NCBI GenBank assembly: GCA_963697895.1
Contig: OY969100.1
Coordinates: 1,536,001-1,600,000, forward strand
Source of the DNA: an uncultured Methanomicrobiales archaeon
GTDB lineage: Archaea; Halobacteriota; Methanomicrobia; Methanomicrobiales; Methanospirillaceae
Reading direction: 5' to 3'
DNA length: 64,000 nucleotides
A program made the position numbers and the translations under genes. The notes beneath the pieces were generated by a model that was not told where the DNA came from, ran no database searches, and worked only from the letters and a program-made list of their open reading frames with translations. Shown piece by piece: positions 30,504-41,647 of the stretch. Numbering within the stretch: the stretch's first letter is position 1; every line of letters begins with the position of its first letter.

Positions 30504-33113
30504 TTATTTTACACACTCTTCAATGATACGGATTTCTTCATCATTCATCCCGTACAACTTGTATACGAGTTCGTCAATCTGCCTGTCAATAGTCCCGATC
30601 CGCGTTCCAAGATTTGTCTTCTGATGATCCGTCCCGGCTTTCGAGAGGCGATCCGCAAGATTCAATATCTGTAAAACGAGAGCGTCCAGTCGATTGTGCA
30701 AGTCGATATCTATCGGATTGTCAAAATCCGGAATATACACCGGATATCTTTTTAAAAAACTATGAACGGCTGAAGCGAGGTCAGATCGATCGGGGAGAGA
30801 AGACGAAAGACATATGAAACGGGTTAATTTGCTGTTTAGTATGCCCAATAAGTACAGGTCTGGCCAGGGAATAACAAAAAAGGAATCGTCGACCAATTTT
30901 TTACCTCTGTCATAAGTGCATACAGGAGAAGGGCAGAGAGTTGCTATGATCAGAATTGGCAGATTCTTTTTGGTGTAATATACATTTGGAGGTAATTCCC
31001 ACCAATAATCCCCGTGGTTCGCTCGGGCTTCCAACCTTTTTGCATATATCTCGAAATGCCGGGCAATAACCGGAAACGTTTTTTTGAACCACTTGAATGT
31101 ATCTTTGGCTTTCCCGGAACGGGCGTCTGTCCATCCTTTTGGTATGAAAATCAGGTACGAACTTGCCTCTGCCGGTTGATATCTCTGAATGTCGCCCTGG
31201 GCTATTAGCGGCCTGATAATTTCTTTGCTTTTCGGGTCCTCCTCAATATATATGTTTTTCGTGTTTTCACTAAGGATAAATGCCTCATCACATCCTGTCG
31301 TGATACCCGGATAGATCTGGCCCATCACGTATTCTTCTACCGATCCTCCAATGGACTGCAACTTCCTCACCAGTTCCACTGTACTTTGATCATCGAGGGC
31401 CCATCCCTCCTCTCCGAGTGTACGTTGATCTCGTATGTGATGATGCTCCTTTACATATTTTTCAAGGTCATGAAATGTGTCGGTTCGGACCTCCGTATAA
31501 CGGAACCCGTTTGAAGGTCGGTTTTGAGAGACTCTGATAGCGCAGGGATGCAGCACTGTATTCGTAGACTCCGGTAAAAGAGGAAAATCCAGTATTTCTT
31601 CGATTTCCAGATCCTTCAGGAGTCTTCGCAAGGTTCTGCCTTGTTTTGCATGAAGCCATTGATCCGGAATGATGGCGGAAAGTTTTCCGCCCACACGCAT
31701 GAGGGCCAGGCTCTTCTCAATAAAATAGGGATACATATCGGAATCACTCGTGAACACGCTGTAGTGTGTCTGAAGGTATTTCTGCAGATCTTTCGACGGC
31801 TTCTGACCGATAAACGGGAGATCGACGATGACCGCATCAAAACCATCCCGGCGAAGGATATCCGGGAACTCGGAGTTCCAGTCAAAAGGATTAATCTTCT
31901 GGACCTCTTTAAAGTTGAATGGATGAGATTGACCGAAATCAAAATATTCCTCTCCAACGAGTGAATTCCCGCATTTTATGTTGTTCTGCAGGTTCGGGAG
32001 CAGACCGACCGGGTTCAGCGCACGTTGGTGTGCGATCGTCTTTTCATCCTCATTCATAACGAGCTGCAGAAGCAAAAGAAATCGGGTGACGGCGACGGCA
32101 CGCGGGTCGAGATCGACCCCGAAGATCGTATTTAACAGGATTCGCTTCTTCTCGGCCAGGGTAAGTTTCCAGGAGGATTCCCAGTCAATCCTTCCGTAGA
32201 TACATGTTCTTTCAATAGGACATGGACAGGGGAGATCTATACCTGATGATTCCCTGTTCAACTGGCCAGGTGGTTCTGGTCCGGGAACCGTGGTACACAG
32301 GGTGCGAATCGTTTTTTCATCTGTGATAGGAAGGAGGTTGCGGATGTACCAGTCCAGATGCCAGTCGAGTAGACGCTGAAATGCGATCAGGAGAACCGTT
32401 CCTGATCCACAGGCCGGGTCAAGGATACGCATCTTCGAGGCCATTACGGGGTTTATTCCTGCAAAAAGTTCTTCAACAGTTTTTTTTACCATATACTGCT
32501 TAATTTCATGAGGAATTTGACCAGTAGTGCCAGCCCTTTTAAAATCCGCTGTATCCTCGATCACCGCCTGATGACTCCCGGACAATCTCACTGACTGGGT
32601 AAACACCTGCTCATAGATACGGCCGAGGGGAAAAGGTGAGAGTGAAGGGGGTGTTTTCTCAGGATCGGAGAGCCGATAAAGGCCCGTAATAATCTCTTTG
32701 AGAACCGAATCGGTGATATCGAATCGGGAATCCGGGTGGGACGATCCATTTGCCCGGTCATTGCTTCTGTTAAAGGAAAAAAGTCCGGCATCATAACGCG
32801 AATCAGCATATTCAAAAAGGGTCATGAGACGGAATGATATTTCATCACCGGTGATTATCTCTTCTAGGATACCGGATCGTTCGATCCCGCGGTTCTCACA
32901 CATCCGCAGAAAGATCATCCCATCGATTATTTTATGGACAACCGTGTTCAGCTGAACCGCTTCGAGATCGTGGTTCCGGAGAGCGAGATTTCTTGCAAGC
33001 TTATTTCGCCAGCCATTGATCTCCCTCCACACGATTTCATCGGATGGAGAAAGCCCTCTGCACTTTCCTTCGGGGCCGGGATCGGTGCGGGGTGGCTTTT
33101 CCGGAACTTTCAT
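30504..33113 (-). CDS. Degenerate Eco57I/type IIG restriction-modification-like protein
   Basis: WRNKLARNL...IFLRMCENRG, RILDPACGSG, IFGVDLD, NIKCGNSL, GFDAVIVDLPF (NPPY position), WWEL, LLGILNSK, IDELVYKLYG. Confidence 0.85.
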   Translation of the reverse strand: MKVPEKPPRTDPGPEGKCRGLSPSDEIVWREINGWRNKLARNLALRNHDLEAVQLNTVVHKIIDGMIFLRMCENRGIERSGILEEIITGDEISFRLMTLFEYADSRYDAGLFSFNRSNDRANGSSHPDSRFDITDSVLKEIITGLYRLSDPEKTPPSLSPFPLGRIYEQVFTQSVRLSGSHQAVIEDTADFKRAGTTGQIPHEIKQYMVKKTVEELFAGINPVMASKMRILDPACGSGTVLLIAFQRLLDWHLDWYIRNLLPITDEKTIRTLCTTVPGPEPPGQLNRESSGIDLPCPCPIERTCIYGRIDWESSWKLTLAEKKRILLNTIFGVDLDPRAVAVTRFLLLLQLVMNEDEKTIAHQRALNPVGLLPNLQNNIKCGNSLVGEEYFDFGQSHPFNFKEVQKINPFDWNSEFPDILRRDGFDAVIVDLPFIGQKPSKDLQKYLQTHYSVFTSDSDMYPYFIEKSLALMRVGGKLSAIIPDQWLHAKQGRTLRRLLKDLEIEEILDFPLLPESTNTVLHPCAIRVSQNRPSNGFRYTEVRTDTFHDLEKYVKEHHHIRDQRTLGEEGWALDDQSTVELVRKLQSIGGSVEEYVMGQIYPGITTGCDEAFILSENTKNIYIEEDPKSKEIIRPLIAQGDIQRYQPAEASSYLIFIPKGWTDARSGKAKDTFKWFKKTFPVIARHFEIYAKRLEARANHGDYWWELPPNVYYTKKNLPILIIATLCPSPVCTYDRGKKLVDDSFFVIPWPDLYLLGILNSKLTRFICLSSSLPDRSDLASAVHSFLKRYPVYIPDFDNPIDIDLHNRLDALVLQILNLADRLSKAGTDHQKTNLGTRIGTIDRQIDELVYKLYGMNDEEIRIIEECVK

Positions 33114-33195
33114 GCATCATTCATTCTGTTGCGAGGTTATCTGTACTTATTGTTTCTGCCACGACAGGGAGGAAAAAAGAACAGATATCCCCGTT

Positions 33196-34005
33196 TCATT
33201 GGCCATGTCCCGCTTCAATCATCGCCTTTTTCATCTCTTTTGTATATCGGAGGATCTCCTCGGTCATGATCTGTTTATTTTCAAGATGCATATCGATAAT
33301 ATCCACGATTGCACTCCCCACAATAATTCCGTTGGCCCCTGCTCTCGCGAGCGGCTGAACATGTTCAGGTTTGGATATTCCAAACCCGACGGCAATGGGC
33401 AGATCTGTTTCGCGCCTGACGGAATTGATCAGATCTAACACCTGCGGAGGCAATACATCACGGGCTCCCGTAACGCCCGTTGTTGATGCAAGGTACAAAA
33501 AGCCTCCTGCTGTGCTGACAATCTTCTGCAATCGCTCTGGCGAGGTGGTCACCGAAATGAGAAATATCTGATCTATACCCGTGTCCCTCGCGATCGAAAT
33601 AACATCGTCAGATTCTTCAACGGGCATGTCCACAATAAGAATTCCGTCGATACCCGCATCGCGTGCCTGGCGGTAGAAACGATCTATCCCCCTCCGATAT
33701 ACACTGTTATAGTAGGTCAGGAGCACGATGGGGATCTCGGATTCATCTCTGATCGCGCGGACCATATTGAACAGCCGATCCGGGTTCATTCCCCCGTTCA
33801 GGGCCCGCTCATCTGCTTTCTGAATGGTGGGACCGTCGGCGACCGGGTCGGAAAACGGCATACCCAGTTCAAGGATGTCTGCACCTGCCCGTATGAGCGT
33901 CCTTGCCAGTTCGGGGCTGGTTTCGTAGTCGGGATCACCGGCAACGAGGAACGCGATGAAGAGGGGATTTTTCTTGTCATGAAAGACCTTCGTTATCCGA
34001 TTCAT
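33196..34005 (-). CDS. trpA: Tryptophan synthase alpha chain
   Basis: [30 protein letters not shown]. Confidence 0.97.
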   Translation of the reverse strand: MNRITKVFHDKKNPLFIAFLVAGDPDYETSPELARTLIRAGADILELGMPFSDPVADGPTIQKADERALNGGMNPDRLFNMVRAIRDESEIPIVLLTYYNSVYRRGIDRFYRQARDAGIDGILIVDMPVEESDDVISIARDTGIDQIFLISVTTSPERLQKIVSTAGGFLYLASTTGVTGARDVLPPQVLDLINSVRRETDLPIAVGFGISKPEHVQPLARAGANGIIVGSAIVDIIDMHLENKQIMTEEILRYTKEMKKAMIEAGHGQ

Positions 34006-35171
34006 TCGCAGCAACACATCCCCGCGACCTCGGCGACGTCCTTATCGCCCCGTCCTGAAAGATTGATCACCATGATATCGTTCTTCCCAAGTTCTTCGGC
34101 TGTCTTGATCCCCTGAGCGATTGCATGAGCGGACTCGAGGGCAGGTATTATCCCCTCTCTCCGGGAGAGAAGATGAAATGCTTCGAGAACTTCGCGATCG
34201 GTTACTGCCGCGTATTCCACCCGGCCGGAGTCCTTCAGCATACTATGTTCAGGGCCTACACCGGGATAATCGAGACCGGCCGAGATGCTGTGCGTGCTGG
34301 CGATCTGGCCATATTCATCCTGGAGAATATACGAAAGTGCCCCATGGAGGACTCCCCGTGAACCGGCGCAGAGTGAGGCTCCATGTTCCCCGGTTTCCAG
34401 TCCCTTTCCTGCTGCTTCCACACCGATGAGGCGGACCGGGTCATGCAGGAATGGGTAGAACATACCTATTGCATTCGAACCTCCACCGACACAGGCCAGG
34501 CACACGTCCGGCAGGGTACCAATAGTTGCCAGAAACTGTTCCCGCGTTTCCGTACCAATGACCGCCTGAAAATCCCGGACAATCCGGGGATAGGGGTGCG
34601 GGCCGACAACGGAACCGATGAGATAATGCGTTGAATCCACATTGGTCGCCCAGTCACGAAGTGCCTCATTGATCGCGTCCTTGAGGGTCCGGGTCCCGGT
34701 GCATACGGGGATAACCCGGGCGCCGAGCAGTTCCATGCGAAATACGTTCAGTTTCTGGCGTTTAATATCGACCTCCCCCATGTAGACATCAACCGGGATT
34801 CCGAGCACCGCGCCCACGATAGCGGTTGCAACCCCGTGCTGTCCCGCACCGGTCTCCGCAATAAGCCGTTTCTTTCCCATGAATTTTGCAAGGATTGCCT
34901 GTCCCAGGGTATTGTTGATCTTATGGGCTCCCCCGTGGAGAAGGTCCTCCCGCTTCAGAAATACCCGACACCCGAGAGAGGCCGACAAGTTCTCGCAGCA
35001 GGTGAGCGGGGTGGGCCGTCCCGCATAGTCGGTGAGATATCGGTTAAGGGTACACTGAGCATCACGGTCCACCCGGAATTGTTCATACCCCTCCTCCAGT
35101 TCCTCCAGTGCACCCATCAGCGTCTCCGGAACATACTGTCCGCCGTAATCGCCATATCGTCCTTTTTTCAA
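34002..35171 (-). CDS. trpB: Tryptophan synthase beta chain
   Basis: GGQYVPE, GAHKINN, GGGSNA, SAGLDY, SGRGDKD; TTG start overlaps the trpF stop. Confidence 0.97.
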   Translation of the reverse strand: MKKGRYGDYGGQYVPETLMGALEELEEGYEQFRVDRDAQCTLNRYLTDYAGRPTPLTCCENLSASLGCRVFLKREDLLHGGAHKINNTLGQAILAKFMGKKRLIAETGAGQHGVATAIVGAVLGIPVDVYMGEVDIKRQKLNVFRMELLGARVIPVCTGTRTLKDAINEALRDWATNVDSTHYLIGSVVGPHPYPRIVRDFQAVIGTETREQFLATIGTLPDVCLACVGGGSNAIGMFYPFLHDPVRLIGVEAAGKGLETGEHGASLCAGSRGVLHGALSYILQDEYGQIASTHSISAGLDYPGVGPEHSMLKDSGRVEYAAVTDREVLEAFHLLSRREGIIPALESAHAIAQGIKTAEELGKNDIMVINLSGRGDKDVAEVAGMCCCE

Positions 35172-35746
35172 AGGTTCTCCTCCCTGCAGTTCCCTATAAA
35201 ACACCTGATCTTCTCCTTGTCTTTTATTCCCGGCAATGATTCGACCCCGGAAGAAACATCTACGGCGTCGGGACGCACTTCTGCGATCGCCTGCCGGACA
35301 TTTTCGGGTTTCAATCCTCCCGCGAGGAATACCGGGACCATAGAACGTCTCACGATATCCCGGGCAAATGATAAATTGAATCTTTTTCCACATCCATGGC
35401 TCTCATCCACGACAAATGCATCGGTATCTTTCCGGAGTGGATCTCCCGGTTTTATTACGCGGAACACCTGAACGCTGCGATTTGCAGGGAACGGGAAAGG
35501 GTGAGAAATCTGGATAGCCCCGGGATTGAGCGAGAGGATTTTCTTCAATTCTTCCTTTGATGTGGTATGGGTCACCGCTACCGTCAAGGTCGCCGGGTCA
35601 AGCACGGAAAAAATGTCCTGCGCTTGCTCCAGAGGAACAGATCGGGGGGAATCGGAAAACACCACTACCCCGATGGCATCCGCGCCACACATCTCCGCAT
35701 GCAATGCATCCTCTTCCCGGGTAATCCCACATATCTTTATGCGAAT
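35168..35746 (-). CDS. trpF: Phosphoribosylanthranilate isomerase (apparent ATT start)
   Basis: RIKICGIT upstream of the tracked [22 protein letters not shown]. Confidence 0.93.
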   Translation of the reverse strand: MRIKICGITREEDALHAEMCGADAIGVVVFSDSPRSVPLEQAQDIFSVLDPATLTVAVTHTTSKEELKKILSLNPGAIQISHPFPFPANRSVQVFRVIKPGDPLRKDTDAFVVDESHGCGKRFNLSFARDIVRRSMVPVFLAGGLKPENVRQAIAEVRPDAVDVSSGVESLPGIKDKEKIRCFIGNCREENL

Positions 35747-36492
35747 ATCAATTCCTCCAGAAATGTTTTCGGATCCTCGGATCTCATGAGGGCAGACCCG
35801 ATGAGAAATGCATCGCAGATTCCCTTGAGCGAATGGATGTCATCGGAAGTGCAAATACCGCTCATGGAGACTATCTGCACTCCTTCCTGGCGCAGTATCG
35901 GTGAAAGACGCCGGGTCGTCCCGAGATCGGTCTTCATGGTTACGAGATTGCGGTTATTTATGCCAATAAGGTCTGCACCTGATGAGCATGCGAGCCTGAC
36001 GTCGCCGATGGTATGGACTTCAACAAGGGGATCAAGGCCAAGTTTCCGCGACAGGCTGATAAAAGACCGGAGGCGGGTGTCGAGGATTCGGGCAATCAGA
36101 AGGATAGCATCGGCCCCAAGTGCTTTCGTCTCGTATACCTGCCGATCGTCGATGATGAAATCTTTCCGTAAAATTGGAACGGGTGAAACTGCTCCTAATT
36201 TTTCGAGTGTCGTGGCGCTCCCCCCAAAGAAATCCGGCTCGGTCAGCACCGATAGGGCGATACATCCCCCGGTGATCAGATCATCCGCGATATCCTCCGG
36301 ATCCCGGGTGTTTCCGGTAAATCCGGTAGAGGGAGATGCATATTTCAGCTCGCCTATGATCGCATTACCCGCTACGGCAGCACTGATTGCGTTCTTCAGG
36401 CTTTTCGGCCGGTGAGACGTTTTATGAGCCGGATATTCGCTGATTGCGGCCACTCTCCTTTCCGTTGATTCCAGGATATCCTTGAGGATCAT
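35737..36492 (-). CDS. trpC: Indole-3-glycerol phosphate synthase
   Basis: ELKYASPS, LSVLTEP, LRKDFI, GINNRNL. Confidence 0.96.
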   Translation of the reverse strand: MILKDILESTERRVAAISEYPAHKTSHRPKSLKNAISAAVAGNAIIGELKYASPSTGFTGNTRDPEDIADDLITGGCIALSVLTEPDFFGGSATTLEKLGAVSPVPILRKDFIIDDRQVYETKALGADAILLIARILDTRLRSFISLSRKLGLDPLVEVHTIGDVRLACSSGADLIGINNRNLVTMKTDLGTTRRLSPILRQEGVQIVSMSGICTSDDIHSLKGICDAFLIGSALMRSEDPKTFLEELIFA

Positions 36493-37505
36493 GATGCAGC
36501 CCCTGTCTCGAGGATCAGTTGTTCCAGAATTCTATAGGCTTTCCCGGTATCGATCGCGGATTCGGCACGGGAAATTCCCTCCTCGATATTTTTAGCCTTC
36601 CTTCCCAGGTAAATCGCCGCTGCGGCATTCAGGATCACGATATCGCGCCCTGGCCCGTTCTCTCCGGAAAGCACTGCCCGGATGATACCGGCATTCGTCG
36701 ACGCATCTCCTCCCCGTAACGCCCCCCGGACCGCCGGGCAGATCCCGAAGTCCTCGCAGCGGATCTCGTAGGTGTGGATCACCCCTTCGTTGAGTTCAGA
36801 GACCCGGGTAGGTCCTGTCGTTGAGATCTCATCCAGCCCTCCGCCCGATACTACCATCGCCTTCGACACGCCAAGACTGGAGAGAACTGATGCGATCTTT
36901 CTGGTCAAACGGGGATCATACACTCCGAGCAGCTGGGCTTGTGCTCCTGCAGGGTTCGCAAGTGGCCCGAGGAGGTTAAAGACGGTCCGGATACCGAGCT
37001 CCTTCCTCGGAGTGACTACGTAACGCATCGCCGGATGGTAGAGGGGTGCAAAGAGGAAACCGATGTGATGTCGCTCGATCATGCTCGTAACCTGGGCCGG
37101 GGTGGACGTAAGGCTCACCCCGAGTGCTTCCAGCACGTCTGCCGACCCGCACCGGCTGCTCACGCTTCGGTTCCCATGTTTCACGACCGGGACACCGGCC
37201 CCGGCCGCCACCAATGCAGCAGCCGTGCTGATATTGAAGGTTGAGGCATTATCTCCCCCGGTACCGCAGGTATCGACCAGAATACCGTCGACTTTCGGAC
37301 GCAGAACCACCCCGCAACCCCTCATGACCCGGGCAAAGGCGGTGATTTCTGTCTCGGTCTCCCCTTTCATCCGGAGAGCCGTGATGAAGGCGGCGACCTG
37401 TGAATGTGTTGCCTCTCCAGTCATAACTTCCTCCATCACCTCTGCTGCCTCCCGGGGGGTGAGATCTTCCCCTTCAATCAGCAAGGCCAGTGCTTTTTGA
37501 ATCAT
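36489..37505 (-). CDS. trpD: Anthranilate phosphoribosyltransferase
   Basis: DTCGTGGD, FNIST, KHGNRSVSS, GLDE. Confidence 0.97.
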   Translation of the reverse strand: MIQKALALLIEGEDLTPREAAEVMEEVMTGEATHSQVAAFITALRMKGETETEITAFARVMRGCGVVLRPKVDGILVDTCGTGGDNASTFNISTAAALVAAGAGVPVVKHGNRSVSSRCGSADVLEALGVSLTSTPAQVTSMIERHHIGFLFAPLYHPAMRYVVTPRKELGIRTVFNLLGPLANPAGAQAQLLGVYDPRLTRKIASVLSSLGVSKAMVVSGGGLDEISTTGPTRVSELNEGVIHTYEIRCEDFGICPAVRGALRGGDASTNAGIIRAVLSGENGPGRDIVILNAAAAIYLGRKAKNIEEGISRAESAIDTGKAYRILEQLILETGAAS

Positions 37506-38074
37506 GCTGCAATCTCCAAAAAGTTCCGGATGATCTGATCTCCCTCGGGGGTAAGGATGCTCTCGGGATGGAACTGGATCCCATGGACGGGAAATGTACG
37601 GTGTCTCACTCCCATCACGTAACCGTCGGCATTACACCGTGCAGACACTTCGAGTTCATACGGCATCGTATCCATGTCAGCGATTAGCGAGTGGTACCGG
37701 GTTGCAGTGCAGGGGTTCGTTATTCCGGAGAAGATACCTTTTCCATCATGGTGGATCTCCGCTGTCTTGCCGTGCATCGGATCTCCAGCCTGCACAACGG
37801 TCCCACCGAAGGCGACACATATAGCCTGATGCCCAAGGCATACCCCGAGGGTGGGAATCCGGCGGCTCATGGTGGCGAGTACTTCCAGGCACACCCCCGA
37901 ATCTTCGGGATGACCCGGTCCTGGTGAAAGTATGATCCGGTCGCACACACACTGTTCTACACGGGCAAGTGGCGTATCACTGGTCATGACCAGAGGCTCA
38001 GCTCCCAGCGCTCCGACCTGCTGGACGAGATTATAGGTAAAACTATCGTAGCAGTCGATGATCAGGACTTTCAC
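37502..38074 (-). CDS. trpG: Anthranilate synthase component II
   Basis: YDSFTYNL, SPGPG, GVCLGHQ, QFHPES. Confidence 0.96.
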   Translation of the reverse strand: MKVLIIDCYDSFTYNLVQQVGALGAEPLVMTSDTPLARVEQCVCDRIILSPGPGHPEDSGVCLEVLATMSRRIPTLGVCLGHQAICVAFGGTVVQAGDPMHGKTAEIHHDGKGIFSGITNPCTATRYHSLIADMDTMPYELEVSARCNADGYVMGVRHRTFPVHGIQFHPESILTPEGDQIIRNFLEIAA

Positions 38075-39657
38075 TGATATCTCCCCGCCTGCTGAACTGC
38101 ATTGACCATTGCCCTTGCTTTATTCTCTGTCTCCTGCCATTCATGTTCGGGAACAGAGTCGGCGACGATCCCCGCACCTACCTGTATGGATGCCTTCCCT
38201 TTCCGGGCAATGATAGTACGGATCGTGATTGCGAACTCGAGATTCCGGTCAAAACCCATATATCCTACCGCTCCCGCATACAGACCTCTTCGATCCGGCT
38301 CCAGCTCATCTATGATCTGCATTGCCCGGATCTTCGGCGCACCTGAGACGGTTCCGGCCGGAAAACAGGATTTTAAGGCATCACATCCGTCAAGATTATC
38401 CTGGAGCGATCCGTGCACTGTCGAGACGATGTGCTGGACATGGGAGAACTTCTCAATGTTCATGAAATCATTCACACAGACCGACCCATATTTGCTGACC
38501 CTTCCGACATCGTTCCGGGCAAGATCGACAAGCATTGTATGTTCTGCCCGTTCTTTTTCATCCGCGAGGAGTTGATCTGCGAGATACCGATCTTCCTCAT
38601 CCGTCTTTCCCCGGAGGCGGGTTCCTGCGATAGGAACAGTGGTCACCCTCCGGTTCTCAACCCGTACAAGCATCTCAGGGCTGGCTCCGATCACCTGCAG
38701 GTCGTTAAAATCGAGATAATACATGTAGGGACTCGGATTGATCTCCCGGAGGGCCCGGTATACGGTGAAGGGATCTCCGGCGAGTTCAATATCGATCCTT
38801 CTGGACAATACTCCCTGAAAGATATCACCCGCATAGATATGCTCCTTCATCTCCTTCACAGACTGTTGAAAGGCATCCCCGGATATTGACTCGGTGGATC
38901 TTATAGTGGTTTCATCGCGGTTGGGTTTGGATCGGCGCATAATTTTTGACGGGGCGATCTTGCGGATCCGTTCCGCCAAGGAAAGGATCCGTTCTCTGCT
39001 TTTTTCGTATTCTTCGGCGAAATCAGAGTCATACGTAAGAAAGGGGCTGCAGAAGATGTACAACTTGTCGGCAAAATGGTCAAAGACTATGCAGTCCTTG
39101 GTTAACATGAACTGCGCCAGGGGAAGATCGGTGGCCGGTTTTCCGCTCTTCAAGACCCCACGATAAATGGAATACACAAGATCATAAGAGAAATAACCCA
39201 CCATGCCGCCGAAAAACCGGGGAGCCTGCACATTAATGTAGTTAAACCTTTGAAGGATGGACCGGATATGGTCTACCGCATCTTCTCCCGCTGGGTTCTT
39301 TGCGATAGATACGAACGGTTCTTTACCCTGTAACCCGATTGAATCCCCGATCGTAACCAGGAGCTCGGGATCGTTGCCAATATAGGAGTACCGTGCAATC
39401 TTTTCACTTCCCTCGATTGATTCCAGTAGATAGCCATAGGATGTTCTCAAATGTGAAAAAAGGTCCGGGGGGGAGACCTGCGGCAGCGGGATCTCAGCAC
39501 AGATCGGAATAATGAGGGGTTTTGCCTGATGTTCAACCGCCGCGAGATAATCTGTGAAACCCAGGTTCAGGGCTATTTCCCCATCACCAGGGTTTCTTAC
39601 CAGTCCGACGGCATCCGCCTCCGGATTTCGGCTAGACTTTTTTGCATACAGGTTCAT
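38071..39657 (-). CDS. trpE: Anthranilate synthase component I
   Basis: LLES, NPSPYM, PIAGT, AEHTMLVDLARND, PAGTVSGAPK. Confidence 0.97.
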   Translation of the reverse strand: MNLYAKKSSRNPEADAVGLVRNPGDGEIALNLGFTDYLAAVEHQAKPLIIPICAEIPLPQVSPPDLFSHLRTSYGYLLESIEGSEKIARYSYIGNDPELLVTIGDSIGLQGKEPFVSIAKNPAGEDAVDHIRSILQRFNYINVQAPRFFGGMVGYFSYDLVYSIYRGVLKSGKPATDLPLAQFMLTKDCIVFDHFADKLYIFCSPFLTYDSDFAEEYEKSRERILSLAERIRKIAPSKIMRRSKPNRDETTIRSTESISGDAFQQSVKEMKEHIYAGDIFQGVLSRRIDIELAGDPFTVYRALREINPSPYMYYLDFNDLQVIGASPEMLVRVENRRVTTVPIAGTRLRGKTDEEDRYLADQLLADEKERAEHTMLVDLARNDVGRVSKYGSVCVNDFMNIEKFSHVQHIVSTVHGSLQDNLDGCDALKSCFPAGTVSGAPKIRAMQIIDELEPDRRGLYAGAVGYMGFDRNLEFAITIRTIIARKGKASIQVGAGIVADSVPEHEWQETENKARAMVNAVQQAGRYQ

Positions 39658-39663
39658 TTATTT

Positions 39664-39709
39664 TGTATATATTTATACATTGCTGTACTAAATTGACTAT
39701 TGATGTATA
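39664..39709. promoter_or_regulatory. TRP-box-like (TGTACA) operator array upstream of trpE
   Basis: TGTATA 39664, TATACA 39674, TGTACT 39684, TGTATA 39704, all on a 10-bp phase. Confidence 0.7.
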
Positions 39710-39918
39710 AGTTATATCGATCGGTACTCGACATTGAAAGGCTGGAAAGAATGCTTTCTTCGAGATCGGGAGGTGAAATGTCTGACTGAATTAATTACGA
39801 TCTTTTCTTTTTTTCTCGTTACAAGCGTCTTGAAGTAACCTTTTGACCCCGTTTCACAGCGTGTTAAAAAAATTGATGAAAATTTTCGCTCTGTTAACCC
39901 GTTATCCAATATATTGAT

Positions 39919-40161
39919 TCAACCCTTTTCACTCCTCTTCCAGAGAACGTTAAAGAATATATGGATGAGAAGGAGAATGAAAAAAGGCCCCCAGAGAATG
40001 AGATGTATCTGATAGGAGACTGCCTTCCCGAGGAATCCAAGCGTGAGCGGTGTGATGACGCTTGCCCGCGTGATTCCGAGACCGGTGATAACGAGGAGTA
40101 TGGAAAGAGCCCCAAGGGTATATGCGATTGCGTATCGGACTGTTGAACGTCGTATTTTCAT
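39919..40161 (-). CDS. Small membrane protein
   Basis: Two TM helices with His residues; downstream of the molybdopterin oxidoreductase. Confidence 0.6.
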   Translation of the reverse strand: MKIRRSTVRYAIAYTLGALSILLVITGLGITRASVITPLTLGFLGKAVSYQIHLILWGPFFILLLIHIFFNVLWKRSEKG

Positions 40162-40263
40162 TGAAGCATATCCTGATCAATCTATGTCTGATTATTTCTT
40201 TTTTCTTTTTTAAAAGAATTTTTATGTTAGAGAGCTGATTAACGGTTTATAGATACCACGATT

Positions 40264-40960
40264 TCAAAACGTAAAGAAACTCTTGTTCAGGTCCCCCGAA
40301 TTCGAATAACCCCGCTGCTCCCAGTATCCCCGGTAACTCGTGTCGTTCGAAAGTCTCGATCCGATCGATCCATTTGATCCACTTATACCCCCACTTATCT
40401 TCTGCAACGAGCATGAATGGGAAACCACGCTCTGCGGGTATGGTCACGTTGTTCATTCGATATGCCATGATGATATCGTTGTCTTGTAAATATTCTATCG
40501 GGAACGAGGTAGTGTATCCGTCGTTCGCATGGAAAATTACGGTGTTTGCCTGTGGATTAACTCCCGAAGAATTGAGAATATCTCGGACGAGGACACCTTC
40601 CCATAGGATGGTCACGTCCCAACCCTCGACGCAGTCGAGCGTTACAACTTTTGAATATGGTTGATAGGTGTTGATTACATCTTCATAACGGTAAATGAGC
40701 GTTTTATTCGTGAGGCCGGTAACCGTAAGCCGGTATGTCGATTCATTGATATATTGTGGACCTTTGATAGAGTTTTCCCGAAAATCATTGACCGATGAAA
40801 GATTCTCGCCCTGGTATGATCGGACCTCAACTGATGCGAGGGGTATCGTGGAGGGACCCGGCGCGGGAGTCTGTTCCAAGGTGATATCGATCGCAAAGAG
40901 AATCCCGACCACAACGATAGCAAGGATAATTAAAGACTTGCCAATAACAGACGCACGCAT
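40264..40960 (-). CDS. Molybdopterin-dependent oxidoreductase (sulfite oxidase/MsrP-like), frameshift near 40354
   Basis: LDCVEGW, WEGV, DGYTT, RGFP, GYKWIKW; removing one base restores YRGYWEQRGY to TGA at 40264. Confidence 0.88.
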
Positions 40961-41647
40961 GATCTCTGGTAATTATTCAAACAGGGTATTGTATTAATTG
41001 TCTGATAATGACAGTGAATTCTTTATTCGATATGCAGCATTCGAATTCTATACGCGTTGCAAAATAATCATCTCACCCGGAGACCCTGATCAGAACGGGA
41101 TGAGAGAGCCGATATTACAATTAAGGATAAACCCGGGGAAACCTTTCGTTATTTTCACCTTGGACAACCCCAATGATGCATTTTCCTTGTTTGACAAATT
41201 AAATTCCTACTTGCTTGATACGTTAAGTTGTATGATCACCTGCACTTTATGAACAGAAGGTGGGGAGGACATGAAAGGCCGGAAACAGGATGCAAAGCCA
41301 AATGGTTGATTAGCGTGGTAAAAAGGGAAAATCCTGCAGTAGAACTGGATTTGGGCGCGATAAACCCTATTGAAGAACAGATACGAAACTGCCCGACGAC
41401 GAGAAAGAGGTGCAACTCCTCATTCATGACAATGAAATCCGGCCGTGCTGAAAAATGGCTACCTTTATCTTCGCCCGAAAACTCATGATGAATGGTTAGG
41501 ATGTGCACGCAAAAATTGCCTCGGCATCTGCACTACAAATGCTCGATCTTCTCAAGGAATCTGGCATCCATCAGGATATTGAAAACCAGCGCCCCGGCGA
41601 TGACGAAGATGCCGACCTCCTTGTTCTTGCCTTATGATAACCTGATG

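Noticed and set aside
35172-35393. N-terminal extension of TrpB in the ORF track
   Set aside because: Overlaps trpF; TTG 35171 with a GGAGG SD fits a normal TrpB
35567-36415. 282-aa plus-strand ORF and similar long antisense ORFs (e.g. 28470..29210, 57495..58187)
   Set aside because: Shadows of well-supported minus-strand genes
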